Below, piece by piece: positions 39,581 through 51,784 of a DNA stretch of 64,000 nt. This stretch comes from an uncultured bacterium. Its GTDB lineage: Bacteria > Acidobacteriota > Thermoanaerobaculia > Multivoradales > JAHZIX01. The notes beneath the pieces were generated by a model, which saw nothing but the letters and a program-made list of their open reading frames with translations, was not told the origin of the DNA and searched no databases. The stretch is from the NCBI GenBank assembly GCA_965368975.1, contig CBDUPA010000018.1, positions 1-64,000 on the forward strand, read 5' to 3'. The stretch's first letter is position 1. Each line of letters starts with the position of its first letter. A program made the translations under genes and the position numbers.

Positions 39581-39596
39581 TGGCACACCGGTTGCA
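39581..39596 (+). promoter_or_regulatory. Sigma-54 promoter for the precursor/lipidation operon
   Basis: TGGCACACCGGTTGCA, near-consensus TGGCAC-N5-TTGCA. Confidence 0.88.
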
Positions 39597-39677
39597 GTAA
39601 GCGCAAGTATCGCGAGTCAAGGGCCCTGAAAGACGCGATAGAAGCACATCAAACCATCACGAACGAGGAGCAACAAA

Positions 39678-39911
39678 GTGGAAAAGCACGAGAACTTCGA
39701 AGAGATGAGCATCGTCGAGCTGGAAGACCGCCTGGAGCTGGGAAGCCGCTGCCTGTGTCGCAACGGCGACGGTGGCGACGGTGGTTCCGGTGATGGCAGT
39801 GACGGTGGCGACGGCGGCTCCGGCACTGGCGAGGTTCCGATCACCGTCGATGTGACTCCTTCGCTCCCGGGTGGCGAGGAACTCATCCCTGACGAGCTCA
39901 CCCCTCGCTGA
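39678..39911 (+). CDS. Putative RiPP precursor (77 aa): acidic leader IVELEDRLELG, core SRCLCRN, Gly/Asp-rich tail
   Basis: GAGGAG RBS and GTG start. First gene behind the sigma-54 promoter, followed by a hairpin and RRE-bearing enzymes. Confidence 0.8.
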   Translation: MEKHENFEEMSIVELEDRLELGSRCLCRNGDGGDGGSGDGSDGGDGGSGTGEVPITVDVTPSLPGGEELIPDELTPR

Positions 39912-39936
39912 GCGGGATAGCGCGTTAGCGCCAAAC

Positions 39937-39972
39937 GCGGGCGGCAGTGAGGTTCAAGCAACTGCCGCCCGC
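39937..39972 (+). terminator. Intra-operon hairpin after the precursor gene
   Basis: 12-bp stem gcgggcggcagt / actgccgcccgc, no U-tract. Confidence 0.6.
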
Positions 39973-40066
39973 TGGCCCATTCAGGGCCTCCTGCAGGGCA
40001 CATCAAACCCTTGCACGTCAAACCTTTGCAGACGAAACCGAGATCAACGCCCAAGGACGAAACGCT

Positions 40067-41395
40067 ATGGAAGCCGCATCCGTCACCGCTCCGTTGAGCC
40101 TCAAGCCCGGTGTTCGAACCTGGCCGCTCGACGTCAGTACCGGACAAAATCGCTACTTGGTCGAGACCGGGGAGCAGCGGCGCTTCGAGATCTCCTCAGG
40201 ATTGTACCAGATCATCGACCTGCTACGGCGGGACGGACAGGACGCCGAGACAGTGGCGTCCGAACTGCGTCAACGTGGTGTCTCCGGTGCTTCGAGTGCG
40301 AAGGTGCTGGAAGTGGCACGCTGCCAGCTCATCCCGCGCGGCATCCTCGAGCCCCTTCCCGGTGAAGAGACGGTCTCGGTAGCCGCTCCGGCGCCGCGGG
40401 CCAGCTATCTGCGCGTGCAGGTACCGTTGGTTTCTGCCGAGCGTCTGGCTCCGCTCACTTCGATGCTTTCGGTCTTGTTCCGACCTGCGCTGCTGGTCAC
40501 GTTGTTGCTGCTCAGCATCCTGGCGCATGCCTACTTCTACCTTGAGATCTTCCCAGCCTTCGACTGGTCCGCCACGACGCTGACCAGCGGCCAGTATCTG
40601 TGGGTTCTGCTGGCCCTCAACCTGACGATCTTCTTCCACGAACTCGGCCACGCCAGTGCCTGCCGGCACTTTGGTTGCGAGCACGGCAAGATCGGCTGGG
40701 GTATCTACATCTTCATGCCGGTGCTGTACACCGACGTTTCCGCAATCTGGCGTCTCAACCGCTACCAGCGCGCCCTGGTCGACTCCGCCGGCATGTACTT
40801 CGAGCTGATCGCCGCAATCGGCTTGATCGCTCTGCTCGCCGCGACCGGCAACCCGCTCTTCGTCCACATCTTCCTGTTTCTCGATCTGAGCATCTTCACA
40901 TCGCTGAATCCGATCCTGCGCCGCGATGGCTACTGGTTGCTGGCCGATCTTTCGGGACAACCGCACTTGCGCGCGGCGTCCCTGGAAGCCATGCGCGCGT
41001 TTACCGCCTTGCTCAAGGGCCAGCGAGCCGAGACGCCTCTGCTCAGCACCCTACCGCGCTGGCTGCGCCGCACGATGTATCTCTACTCCGCCTCGGCCGT
41101 CGCTTTCTCAGCCTACTTCCTGAAGTGGATGGTCGAGTTGGTGTTGGTCGATATCGGTCCTGCGCTGCCGGCTCAGGCTGCCGCCATCCTGGAAGCCGTG
41201 GGCACCCAGCCGGTCGCCTGGCTGGCCGCTGGCGACGCCCTGCTCCGGCTCGCCTTCAACCTCGTCTTCGGTGTCCTCATCCTGTCCGCCGCCTGGAGCT
41301 TCTTGCTCGGCTTCGGACGCTGGCTACGTGGCCTGCTCTCGCCGAGCCCACCGCCCACCGCTTCGTCGACGTCCTATCAGGGAGCCCTGCCATGA
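40067..41395 (+). CDS. M50-like intramembrane zinc metalloprotease with N-terminal RRE-like domain
   Basis: FFHELGH (HExxH) in a TM segment, YTDVS.IWRL, AGM.FE, LNP...DGYWLL. ATG at 40067. Confidence 0.85.
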   Translation: MEAASVTAPLSLKPGVRTWPLDVSTGQNRYLVETGEQRRFEISSGLYQIIDLLRRDGQDAETVASELRQRGVSGASSAKVLEVARCQLIPRGILEPLPGEETVSVAAPAPRASYLRVQVPLVSAERLAPLTSMLSVLFRPALLVTLLLLSILAHAYFYLEIFPAFDWSATTLTSGQYLWVLLALNLTIFFHELGHASACRHFGCEHGKIGWGIYIFMPVLYTDVSAIWRLNRYQRALVDSAGMYFELIAAIGLIALLAATGNPLFVHIFLFLDLSIFTSLNPILRRDGYWLLADLSGQPHLRAASLEAMRAFTALLKGQRAETPLLSTLPRWLRRTMYLYSASAVAFSAYFLKWMVELVLVDIGPALPAQAAAILEAVGTQPVAWLAAGDALLRLAFNLVFGVLILSAAWSFLLGFGRWLRGLLSPSPPPTASSTSYQGALP

Positions 41396-42645
41396 ACGCT
41401 CAGCCAACCCGAGCCCCCCGCTACGTACGCTCCCGGCATCTGCAGGTCGAGCATCAGCATGGAGATCAGCGCGTCTTGGTGCACGGTCTGCTGGGTCACC
41501 GGCTGCGCGTCAACTCGGCGACCCAGCGCTTCCTGGACGCCTTCGCGCAGCCGCGGCACCTGGAAGAGCTACTGCCCTCCGGTGCCGGTGCCCCGGAAGC
41601 CGTGCAGCGGTCCTTTGAACAGCTTTGCCGGGCCGGCTTCCTGGTCGACGAAACGCACCGCGAGACCTTGAGCGACAAGCAACTGCAACGGGTCACGCCT
41701 GGATTCTTCAATTGCCCCAGCCTGCCGCTGAGCCGTGCTACGGAGACAGATGCCGCGTTGCTCGGAGTGCCCTTCGACTACGGCAACCACAAAGAGCCCG
41801 GGGCTCGCTACGGCGCGGCTGCCCTGCGACGCTGGAGCTGCGACGGCTTGCACTACCTGCTCGACCCCCAAACGCAGCGGCCCCAGGGCTGGTACGACAA
41901 CGAATTCGATCGGCCACTGCTCGGCGGCGTCCGCCTGGGCGATCTCGGCAACCTGTTCGCGACACCGAACGAAGCACCCGAGCAAGTCTTCCACAAGCTC
42001 ACCGACTTGGTTCGCCAGCTGCTGAGCGACAACGTACTGCCCGTGGTGATCGGCGGTGATCATTCGATCACCTATGCCTGCGTACGCGCCTACGAGAAGC
42101 CGATCGCCGTGCTGCAGATCGACGCCCACTCCGACCTCGCTCCGTACCACGGCGGTGTCGCCAATCACCACGGGAATGTCATGTCCCGCATCCTGGCGCT
42201 GGACACCGTGTGCGGCCTGCACCAGGTCGGCCTGCGCGGAGTCACCAACGTAGCTCAGCTGTCACCGGGCAGGCGCGGTGTCGAGACTACTTTGTCGCCT
42301 CGCCAGGTGCGCCGGATCGGTCTGCAGGGTCTGCTAGAACGACTACCGGCTGACCTCGATTACTACGTCTCGCTCGACATTGACGCGATCGATCCGATCC
42401 ACGCTCCGGCTACGAGTACCCCGGTCCCAGGAGGATTCGACCCCATCGAGCTCAAGGAAATGCTCTGGGGCATCGCGCGTGAGCGCCGCTGTGTCGGTTT
42501 CGACCTGGTCGAGATCAACCCGCGCCGAGACGTCAACGACCTGACGCTGGCAGTGGCACAGGAGCTACTCCTTGCCTTCCTCGGCGGTCACTTCGACGAT
42601 CAGCAGCCGATCCCGGCGACGACCAGCAGCGAGAGCGTGTCATGA
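41392..42645 (+). CDS. Arginase/agmatinase-family ureohydrolase with N-terminal RRE-like domain (putative peptide arginase)
   Basis: GVPFD, GAR.G, DLGN, GGDHS, DAHSD, SLDIDAIDP, PGG, DLVEINP. ATGA overlaps at both ends. Confidence 0.88.
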   Translation: MNAQPTRAPRYVRSRHLQVEHQHGDQRVLVHGLLGHRLRVNSATQRFLDAFAQPRHLEELLPSGAGAPEAVQRSFEQLCRAGFLVDETHRETLSDKQLQRVTPGFFNCPSLPLSRATETDAALLGVPFDYGNHKEPGARYGAAALRRWSCDGLHYLLDPQTQRPQGWYDNEFDRPLLGGVRLGDLGNLFATPNEAPEQVFHKLTDLVRQLLSDNVLPVVIGGDHSITYACVRAYEKPIAVLQIDAHSDLAPYHGGVANHHGNVMSRILALDTVCGLHQVGLRGVTNVAQLSPGRRGVETTLSPRQVRRIGLQGLLERLPADLDYYVSLDIDAIDPIHAPATSTPVPGGFDPIELKEMLWGIARERRCVGFDLVEINPRRDVNDLTLAVAQELLLAFLGGHFDDQQPIPATTSSESVS

Positions 42646-43925
42646 CTCTCACCCGCCTGCTGCCGCTCGCCACCGCCACCGGTCGCAGTTTGATCGGGCT
42701 CGCCGTGCGTCGACAGTTGATCGCGTATGCGGCTCAGTTGCGAGGTTCGCATACCTTCGCACTCCTCAATCTCTTTCTGGCACTGCCCGAGCAGCGCGCC
42801 GGAAACCCCTGGCCCAAGGATCTGAGCCGGCTGGCCTGGCAGGTCTTGGCCTACCGCTCCCTCAACGACCTCGACTTCACGGCGCTGCGCTGGCAGCGCT
42901 TCGAAGTCGAAGGCCGTCGCTACCTGGAGTGGGCACAGCACCGAAGACGCGGCGTCATCCTGTGCAGCCAGCACCTTGGCGCCTATCGTCGTCTCACCTG
43001 GGAGCTGCTGCAACAAGGCGAGCGATTGCATGTGCTGGTCGATGCGCGTGTGGCGGCGGGATTCCGCCGCCAGCTGGCAGCGCAACTCGAGCGTCAGAAA
43101 GTACCACCGAGCCAGCGGGAAGAGCTGCTCAGCCGGCTGACCGTGCTCGACGCTGAAGCTCCCGGAAGCACGCGCCCCATCCTAGATGCCCTGCGCGCCG
43201 GCGGCCTCCTGCTCGTCTACCTCGACGGCAACACTGGCGCCACCGGCCCTGGCGCCAACGAGACACCCGTACGCAACGAACTCGCGCACACCAACAATGT
43301 CGAGGTCGACTTCTTCGGCCGCAGCATCACGGTGCGACGAGGCGTCTGCCAGCTTGCCCATGCTACTGGTGCGGCGCTGGTACCGCTGTTCGCTCAGTGG
43401 CGCGGCGGTACCAATCCAAGGCCGGCGATGGAATTCCATCCCCCCCTGCTCGTTCCCGAGGGGATGGACCGCGAAACCTTCTGCCGTCGCGGCATGCAGC
43501 ATCTCTTCCGGCTGTCGGAGGACCAGATACGCCGCCGACCTGCACAGTTCGAGCAGTGGCTCCACGCGCACCGCTGGTGGCTGAGGACCGCCTCTGCTGA
43601 TAGGGCCTCTGCTGATAGGGCCACCGCTGGAGGTCCCAGGTACCTCGCGCCGGATCATCCCTCCGAGAGGGCGGCGCTGCATCGCTTCCGCCTCGATCCC
43701 CGGCACGCCCTGCTCTTGAAGCTCGGCCGAGAGACCCTGCTGCTCGACGGCTACCGAGGCCACCTGGTTCGCGGCGGACAGTTGCTGTCTGCCACCGCCC
43801 GGGCACTGCGGCGGGCGCTGTCACCGCAAGAGCTGGTCCAGCGACTGTCCACGTATCCAGCTCCCCGCGTCCTGCAGACCTTCCAAGACCTGCAGCACCG
43901 GGGCCTCCTGCAATACGCCACCTAG
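42642..43925 (+). CDS. LpxL/LPLAT-type acyltransferase 1 with C-terminal RRE-like domain
   Basis: GVILCSQHLG, LVYLDGN, VDFFG, LA..TGAALVP, IRRRPAQF..W. Confidence 0.78.
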   Translation: MTLTRLLPLATATGRSLIGLAVRRQLIAYAAQLRGSHTFALLNLFLALPEQRAGNPWPKDLSRLAWQVLAYRSLNDLDFTALRWQRFEVEGRRYLEWAQHRRRGVILCSQHLGAYRRLTWELLQQGERLHVLVDARVAAGFRRQLAAQLERQKVPPSQREELLSRLTVLDAEAPGSTRPILDALRAGGLLLVYLDGNTGATGPGANETPVRNELAHTNNVEVDFFGRSITVRRGVCQLAHATGAALVPLFAQWRGGTNPRPAMEFHPPLLVPEGMDRETFCRRGMQHLFRLSEDQIRRRPAQFEQWLHAHRWWLRTASADRASADRATAGGPRYLAPDHPSERAALHRFRLDPRHALLLKLGRETLLLDGYRGHLVRGGQLLSATARALRRALSPQELVQRLSTYPAPRVLQTFQDLQHRGLLQYAT

Positions 43926-43934
43926 GGAGTGATC

Positions 43935-44690
43935 ATGGAAGCCTCGACCCACATGTTCATCGCCGTCTTCGCCGGCTATACCGCCAGCCTCGGCCTCTGG
44001 TTCGCCCTCACGCGGCGCTTTCAGCAGCAATTGTGGGTTCCCACCGGAGACCTCACCTTCGAGCGCCCCGGTCGCGAGTTGGCCTGGGCCATGTTGACGG
44101 CCGTCGGTATCTTTGTCGTCAGCACCCTGTACAGCCTGGGACATCTGTTCTCGTTGCCGTCCTCGGGCTGGACGCGCAAGCTGGCCTTTCTCGGCCTGCT
44201 GATGCTGGTGTGGTCGCCCCTGGCGCTCCATCTATGGCTTCGCCACCAGACGCTGGAGACATGCTTGGCATCCCTCAGTGGCTGGCCCAAACGACTCGCT
44301 TGGGGTTTCGCCGGCTCCCTCGTAGCGATGCTGACCTTCCATCTGATCCGAGGCAACGATCCACGCCAGGCTTTCGTCGCGCTGTGGAGCTGGCAACCCA
44401 TCGACATGGTCCAGAGCCTGATCCAGTTCGCTGGCTTCGGCTTCCTGCTGACTCGCCTGATTGGCGTCCTCGGCCGGCGCGGCGGCATCCTCACCTGCGG
44501 CCTTCTCTACGGCCTGGTGAAGTACCCCTATTACCTGAACCAGCTGCACATGAGCTGGGCTGAGGCGACCGCGCTGATCGCCTTCAGCTCCTTCGTGGCC
44601 TGCACTGCCATCTACCTCGCCTACGACCGTCGGGATGTCGTGGTGCCAGCCATCGTCCACGTCTTCATGGACATGTCCCAAGTCGCCTAA
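43935..44690 (+). CDS. Polytopic membrane protein, degenerate CPBP (CAAX/Abi)-like
   Basis: About 7-8 TM segments and C-terminal AIVHVFMD. Lacks the EExxxR motif. Confidence 0.6.
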   Translation: MEASTHMFIAVFAGYTASLGLWFALTRRFQQQLWVPTGDLTFERPGRELAWAMLTAVGIFVVSTLYSLGHLFSLPSSGWTRKLAFLGLLMLVWSPLALHLWLRHQTLETCLASLSGWPKRLAWGFAGSLVAMLTFHLIRGNDPRQAFVALWSWQPIDMVQSLIQFAGFGFLLTRLIGVLGRRGGILTCGLLYGLVKYPYYLNQLHMSWAEATALIAFSSFVACTAIYLAYDRRDVVVPAIVHVFMDMSQVA

Positions 44691-44708
44691 CCCACCGGAG
44701 GTAGCCTC

Positions 44709-45968
44709 ATGATCGTACTCACCTCGACCCCGCGCCCCGACCGAACTCCGGCCCGTCTGCTCCGCCGCATGCCCAAGCTGCTGCAGCGCGTCGGCCAGGC
44801 GCCTGAGAAGCGCACTTTCCTGCGTATGTTGGGCAACACGTACTACTCCAACTACATCAACCTCTCGCTGGTCTTCCGTCAGCGCTGGAGTGATCGCCGG
44901 ATTCGCCGGGTTGCCCGTCAGGCGGTCGAGGTCTACGTCAAGAACGGTATCGAATACTTGACTCCGGGTCAGTGGCGTGGCTTCACGATTCACGGACAGC
45001 AGCACCTGGACGCCGCCCTGAACTGCGGCAAGGGCCTGGTCGTCGCTTGCCAGCACCTGGGACCGCAGCGCTTCTCGTTGCTGACCCTGGCACAGCACGT
45101 GCCAGCGGTCCACGCCGCAGTCACCGAGGTGTTCGTCGAGAGATTGCGCGACTGGTTGGCTCGAGTCGAAACCGATGCCAACGACGGGCCGGCAGCGGAG
45201 CTGGCACAGCGCGTCCATACGCTGGCCGTCGAGGAACCGACCTGCGCGCTCAAGATGGTGCGTGCGCTGCGCCGTGGCGAAGCCGTGATGTTCGACGTCG
45301 ACGGCAACATCGGCGTCGGCGGCGAGGGCCGCACGCGCGAGGCGGCCATGCCACTGACCTTCCTCGGTCGCGAGGTCCAGGTACGGACAGGCGTGGCCTA
45401 CCTATCGCACCGCACGGGCGCCCCCATCCTCCCGGTGCTCACGGTTTGGGGGCCTGACGGACAACCCCACCTCGAGTTCCAACCACCCATGTCTGCCGAG
45501 ACGGAAGAGAGCCGCGACGCCTACTGCCGGCGCGTGATGCCTCGGATCTACGGCCTGCTGGAAGCCACGCTGCTGCAACAGCCCGAGCAGTGGGAGATGT
45601 GGCCGCAGTTGTTCAAGTGGATCCGTCCGCCCGCACCGCTCACGGGTGAAGAAGCCCAAGAAACCCTCGGTCGTCTCAGCGGCGAACTGCACCAGCAGCT
45701 TCAGCAAGCGCCCCAGACCTGGCTGCAGGTGCATCCGCACGATGCCTTCACGCTCCGTATCCGCGACCGCCGCCTGCTCATCGATCGACGCAACTTCCGC
45801 TTCTTCCTGTCCAATGAGACTGGCGAGAGGCTGGTCCGTTTCCTCCACAAGGGCATCCCACTGCAGGGCCTGCTCCAGCGTATGGGCAAGGCTTCGTCGC
45901 CGGAGACTACCCTGCACGAACTCGCCCGCTTGCACATGCTCGACCTGCTCGAAGCTCGAGTCGCCTGA
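44709..45968 (+). CDS. LpxL/LPLAT-type acyltransferase 2 with C-terminal RRE-like domain
   Basis: G..HLDAAL..GKGLVVACQHLG, DVDGN, LTFLG, LSHRTGAPILP, QPEQWEMW. GGAGG RBS. Confidence 0.8.
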   Translation: MIVLTSTPRPDRTPARLLRRMPKLLQRVGQAPEKRTFLRMLGNTYYSNYINLSLVFRQRWSDRRIRRVARQAVEVYVKNGIEYLTPGQWRGFTIHGQQHLDAALNCGKGLVVACQHLGPQRFSLLTLAQHVPAVHAAVTEVFVERLRDWLARVETDANDGPAAELAQRVHTLAVEEPTCALKMVRALRRGEAVMFDVDGNIGVGGEGRTREAAMPLTFLGREVQVRTGVAYLSHRTGAPILPVLTVWGPDGQPHLEFQPPMSAETEESRDAYCRRVMPRIYGLLEATLLQQPEQWEMWPQLFKWIRPPAPLTGEEAQETLGRLSGELHQQLQQAPQTWLQVHPHDAFTLRIRDRRLLIDRRNFRFFLSNETGERLVRFLHKGIPLQGLLQRMGKASSPETTLHELARLHMLDLLEARVA

Positions 45969-45996
45969 ACCCAGCCATCTGTTCCAGGAGAGCACC

Positions 45997-49809
<3,813 letters not shown>

Positions 49810-49893
49810 CGCCGACCTGCGCCACTCGCTAGCGGCTCTGGAACTCGCTTCCGCAAACTGCTCTATCGGAAATGAGGAGGAGAGGGGAAAGGT

Positions 49894-49970
49894 TGGTAGC
49901 CCCAACGGGATTCGAACCCGTGTCGCCAGCTTGAAAGGCTGGTGTCCTGACCTGGCTAGACGATGGGGCC
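49894..49970 (-). tRNA. tRNA-Glu(TTC)
   Basis: Minus strand GGCCCCATCGTCTAGCCAGGTCAGGACACCAGCCTTTCAAGCTGGCGACACGGGTTCGAATCCCGTTGGGGCTACCA: anticodon TTC, T-loop GTTCGAATC, encoded CCA. Confidence 0.95.
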
Positions 49971-50047
49971 TCTGTGGTCTCTAGAGAGCGAGGGCCGCTC
50001 TTCGGAAGGCGAAGACTACCACAAGTCCGGCGTTCGATTGCAACCCC

Positions 50048-51784
50048 TCAACTCAACTCTCCCCGCTTCAAACGGTCGAAGTAGCGATGGTACGCCTTCA
50101 TCGCCTGACGTCCGAAAAGCACCATGATCGGGATGTTGGCGAACAGCATGAACCCGGTGCCGAGGGTCGAGATGGCGTCGAGCTGAACCTCGGTGCGGAT
50201 CAGCGGTGAGGCAGCGACCAGAATCGCCAGGCAGAAAATCAGACGGTACGGCAGAACACCGCGTTCGCCGAACAGGAAGACGATACCCTGCTCACCGTAG
50301 TAGCTCCAGGAGATCATCGTCGACAGGGCAAACAGCCAGGCGGCTATCGGCACCAACCAGAAACCGAGACCTGGGAAGACGGCGTCGTAGGCCTTGGCGG
50401 TGAGCGTCGCGCCCTTGTACTCGGTGTAGAGGCCGCCATCGAGCAGGCGTGGGCGGCTCGTGCTGGCCAGCGGATCCCAGCGTACCTGCACTTCGCTCTC
50501 CCCTGCTCCCACAGGACCGGCTTCCCCTTGACTGGCTTCCCCTTGACTGGCTTCCCCGTGGCTGGCCTCGACGTGGCCGTACAGACGGTGGCGATCACTA
50601 CCACGCTGGGCGTCGACATCCGCCTGCACCACCGCGAAGAGCACGTCTCCTTCAGCCCAATCACTGCCGTCGCGGTGCGGGGGCAGGGCCGTGGTCTCGG
50701 GGACCCACTGCCCCGCCTCGACCTCGACCAAAGCCGGCACCCTGTCGACCGCGTAGGCGGCGTCCGGCGCACGGTTCCAGACACCGCTGAGCAGAATCAC
50801 CAGGGCGGTGAGAGTGCACACGCAGAGGGTGTCGATGAAGGGTTCCAGCCCCGCCACGACACCCTCGCTCACTGGCTCGTCCGTCTTGACGGCGGCGTGG
50901 GCGATCGGTGCCGAGCCCTGGCCAGCCTCGCTGGAGAACAGCGCGCGCTGCATGCCGCGCAGGAACGCCCAACCGACAGCACCGCCAAGGAAGGCTCCTT
51001 GCGCCTCGGCTGGGTTGAAGGCCGAGTCGAAGATGAGGCGAAAGACGTCCGGCACGTCTTGCCAGCGCACCGCGACCACCGCCAGGCCAGCCAGCAGGTA
51101 GATGCCGCACATGAAGGGAACCAGCCGACCAGCAACGGCCCCGATGCGTTGGATACCGCCGACCACCACCAGGCTGACCAGAGCCGTCAAGACAATACCG
51201 GTGATCAAGATCGGTACGCCGAAGTACTCGCGCGTGATGTCCGCGACGTTCCAAGCCTGGAACATGTTGCCACCGGTGAACGTGGAGGTCAGCAAGGTGA
51301 CACAGAAGACACCGCCCAGGAACTTGCCGAGCGGCGCCAGGCGCGGGCTCAGCTTGGCCAGACCACGGCTGACCACCCACATCGCGCCACCGTGCGGGTT
51401 GTCCGGGTCGTCCAGGTTGCGGTAGAGCATGGTCTGGGTGACCTCGGTCATCTTCAGCGCCATGCCGAAGACACCGGTCACCCACATCCAGAACACCGCC
51501 CCGGGCCCACCCAGCGACACCGCGATCGCAACGCCCGCGATATTGCCCAGGCCAACGGTGGCGGAGAGCGCGGCGGACAGTGCCTGAAAGTGGTTGATGG
51601 CCCCCGGATCACCCGCGTGGTCGAACTGGCCACGGAGCACCGCCACGCCGTGCGTCAGTGCCCGGTACTGGCCGAACCCGCTCCAGATGGTGAACAGCAC
51701 ACCCACCCCGAGTAGGGTGAAGAGCACGGCATCGTGCCAGAGGATACTGCTGATCGCGTTGACCACCGACATGACGACGTCCAT
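50048..51784 (-). CDS. Alanine/glycine:cation symporter (AGCS family)
   Basis: ATVGLGNIAGVA, GGPGAVFWMW, FSSEAG.GSAPIAH, FIDTL.VC..TAL, SWSYYG. Confidence 0.93.
   Translation of the reverse strand: MDVVMSVVNAISSILWHDAVLFTLLGVGVLFTIWSGFGQYRALTHGVAVLRGQFDHAGDPGAINHFQALSAALSATVGLGNIAGVAIAVSLGGPGAVFWMWVTGVFGMALKMTEVTQTMLYRNLDDPDNPHGGAMWVVSRGLAKLSPRLAPLGKFLGGVFCVTLLTSTFTGGNMFQAWNVADITREYFGVPILITGIVLTALVSLVVVGGIQRIGAVAGRLVPFMCGIYLLAGLAVVAVRWQDVPDVFRLIFDSAFNPAEAQGAFLGGAVGWAFLRGMQRALFSSEAGQGSAPIAHAAVKTDEPVSEGVVAGLEPFIDTLCVCTLTALVILLSGVWNRAPDAAYAVDRVPALVEVEAGQWVPETTALPPHRDGSDWAEGDVLFAVVQADVDAQRGSDRHRLYGHVEASHGEASQGEASQGEAGPVGAGESEVQVRWDPLASTSRPRLLDGGLYTEYKGATLTAKAYDAVFPGLGFWLVPIAAWLFALSTMISWSYYGEQGIVFLFGERGVLPYRLIFCLAILVAASPLIRTEVQLDAISTLGTGFMLFANIPIMVLFGRQAMKAYHRYFDRLKRGELS
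50519..50563. repeat. In-frame 15-bp tandem repeat (3 copies, SQGEA) in the AGCS loop
   Basis: ggcttccccttgact x2 plus ggcttccccgtggct. Confidence 0.8.

Noticed and set aside
40600-41391. 681-aa version of the arginase ORF
   Set aside because: The extension is an Arg/Pro-rich shadow overlapping the M50 gene. The real start is ATG 41392.
45646-45996. Extended FAAL start
   Set aside because: Overlaps acyltransferase 2. An AGGAG RBS precedes ATG 45997.
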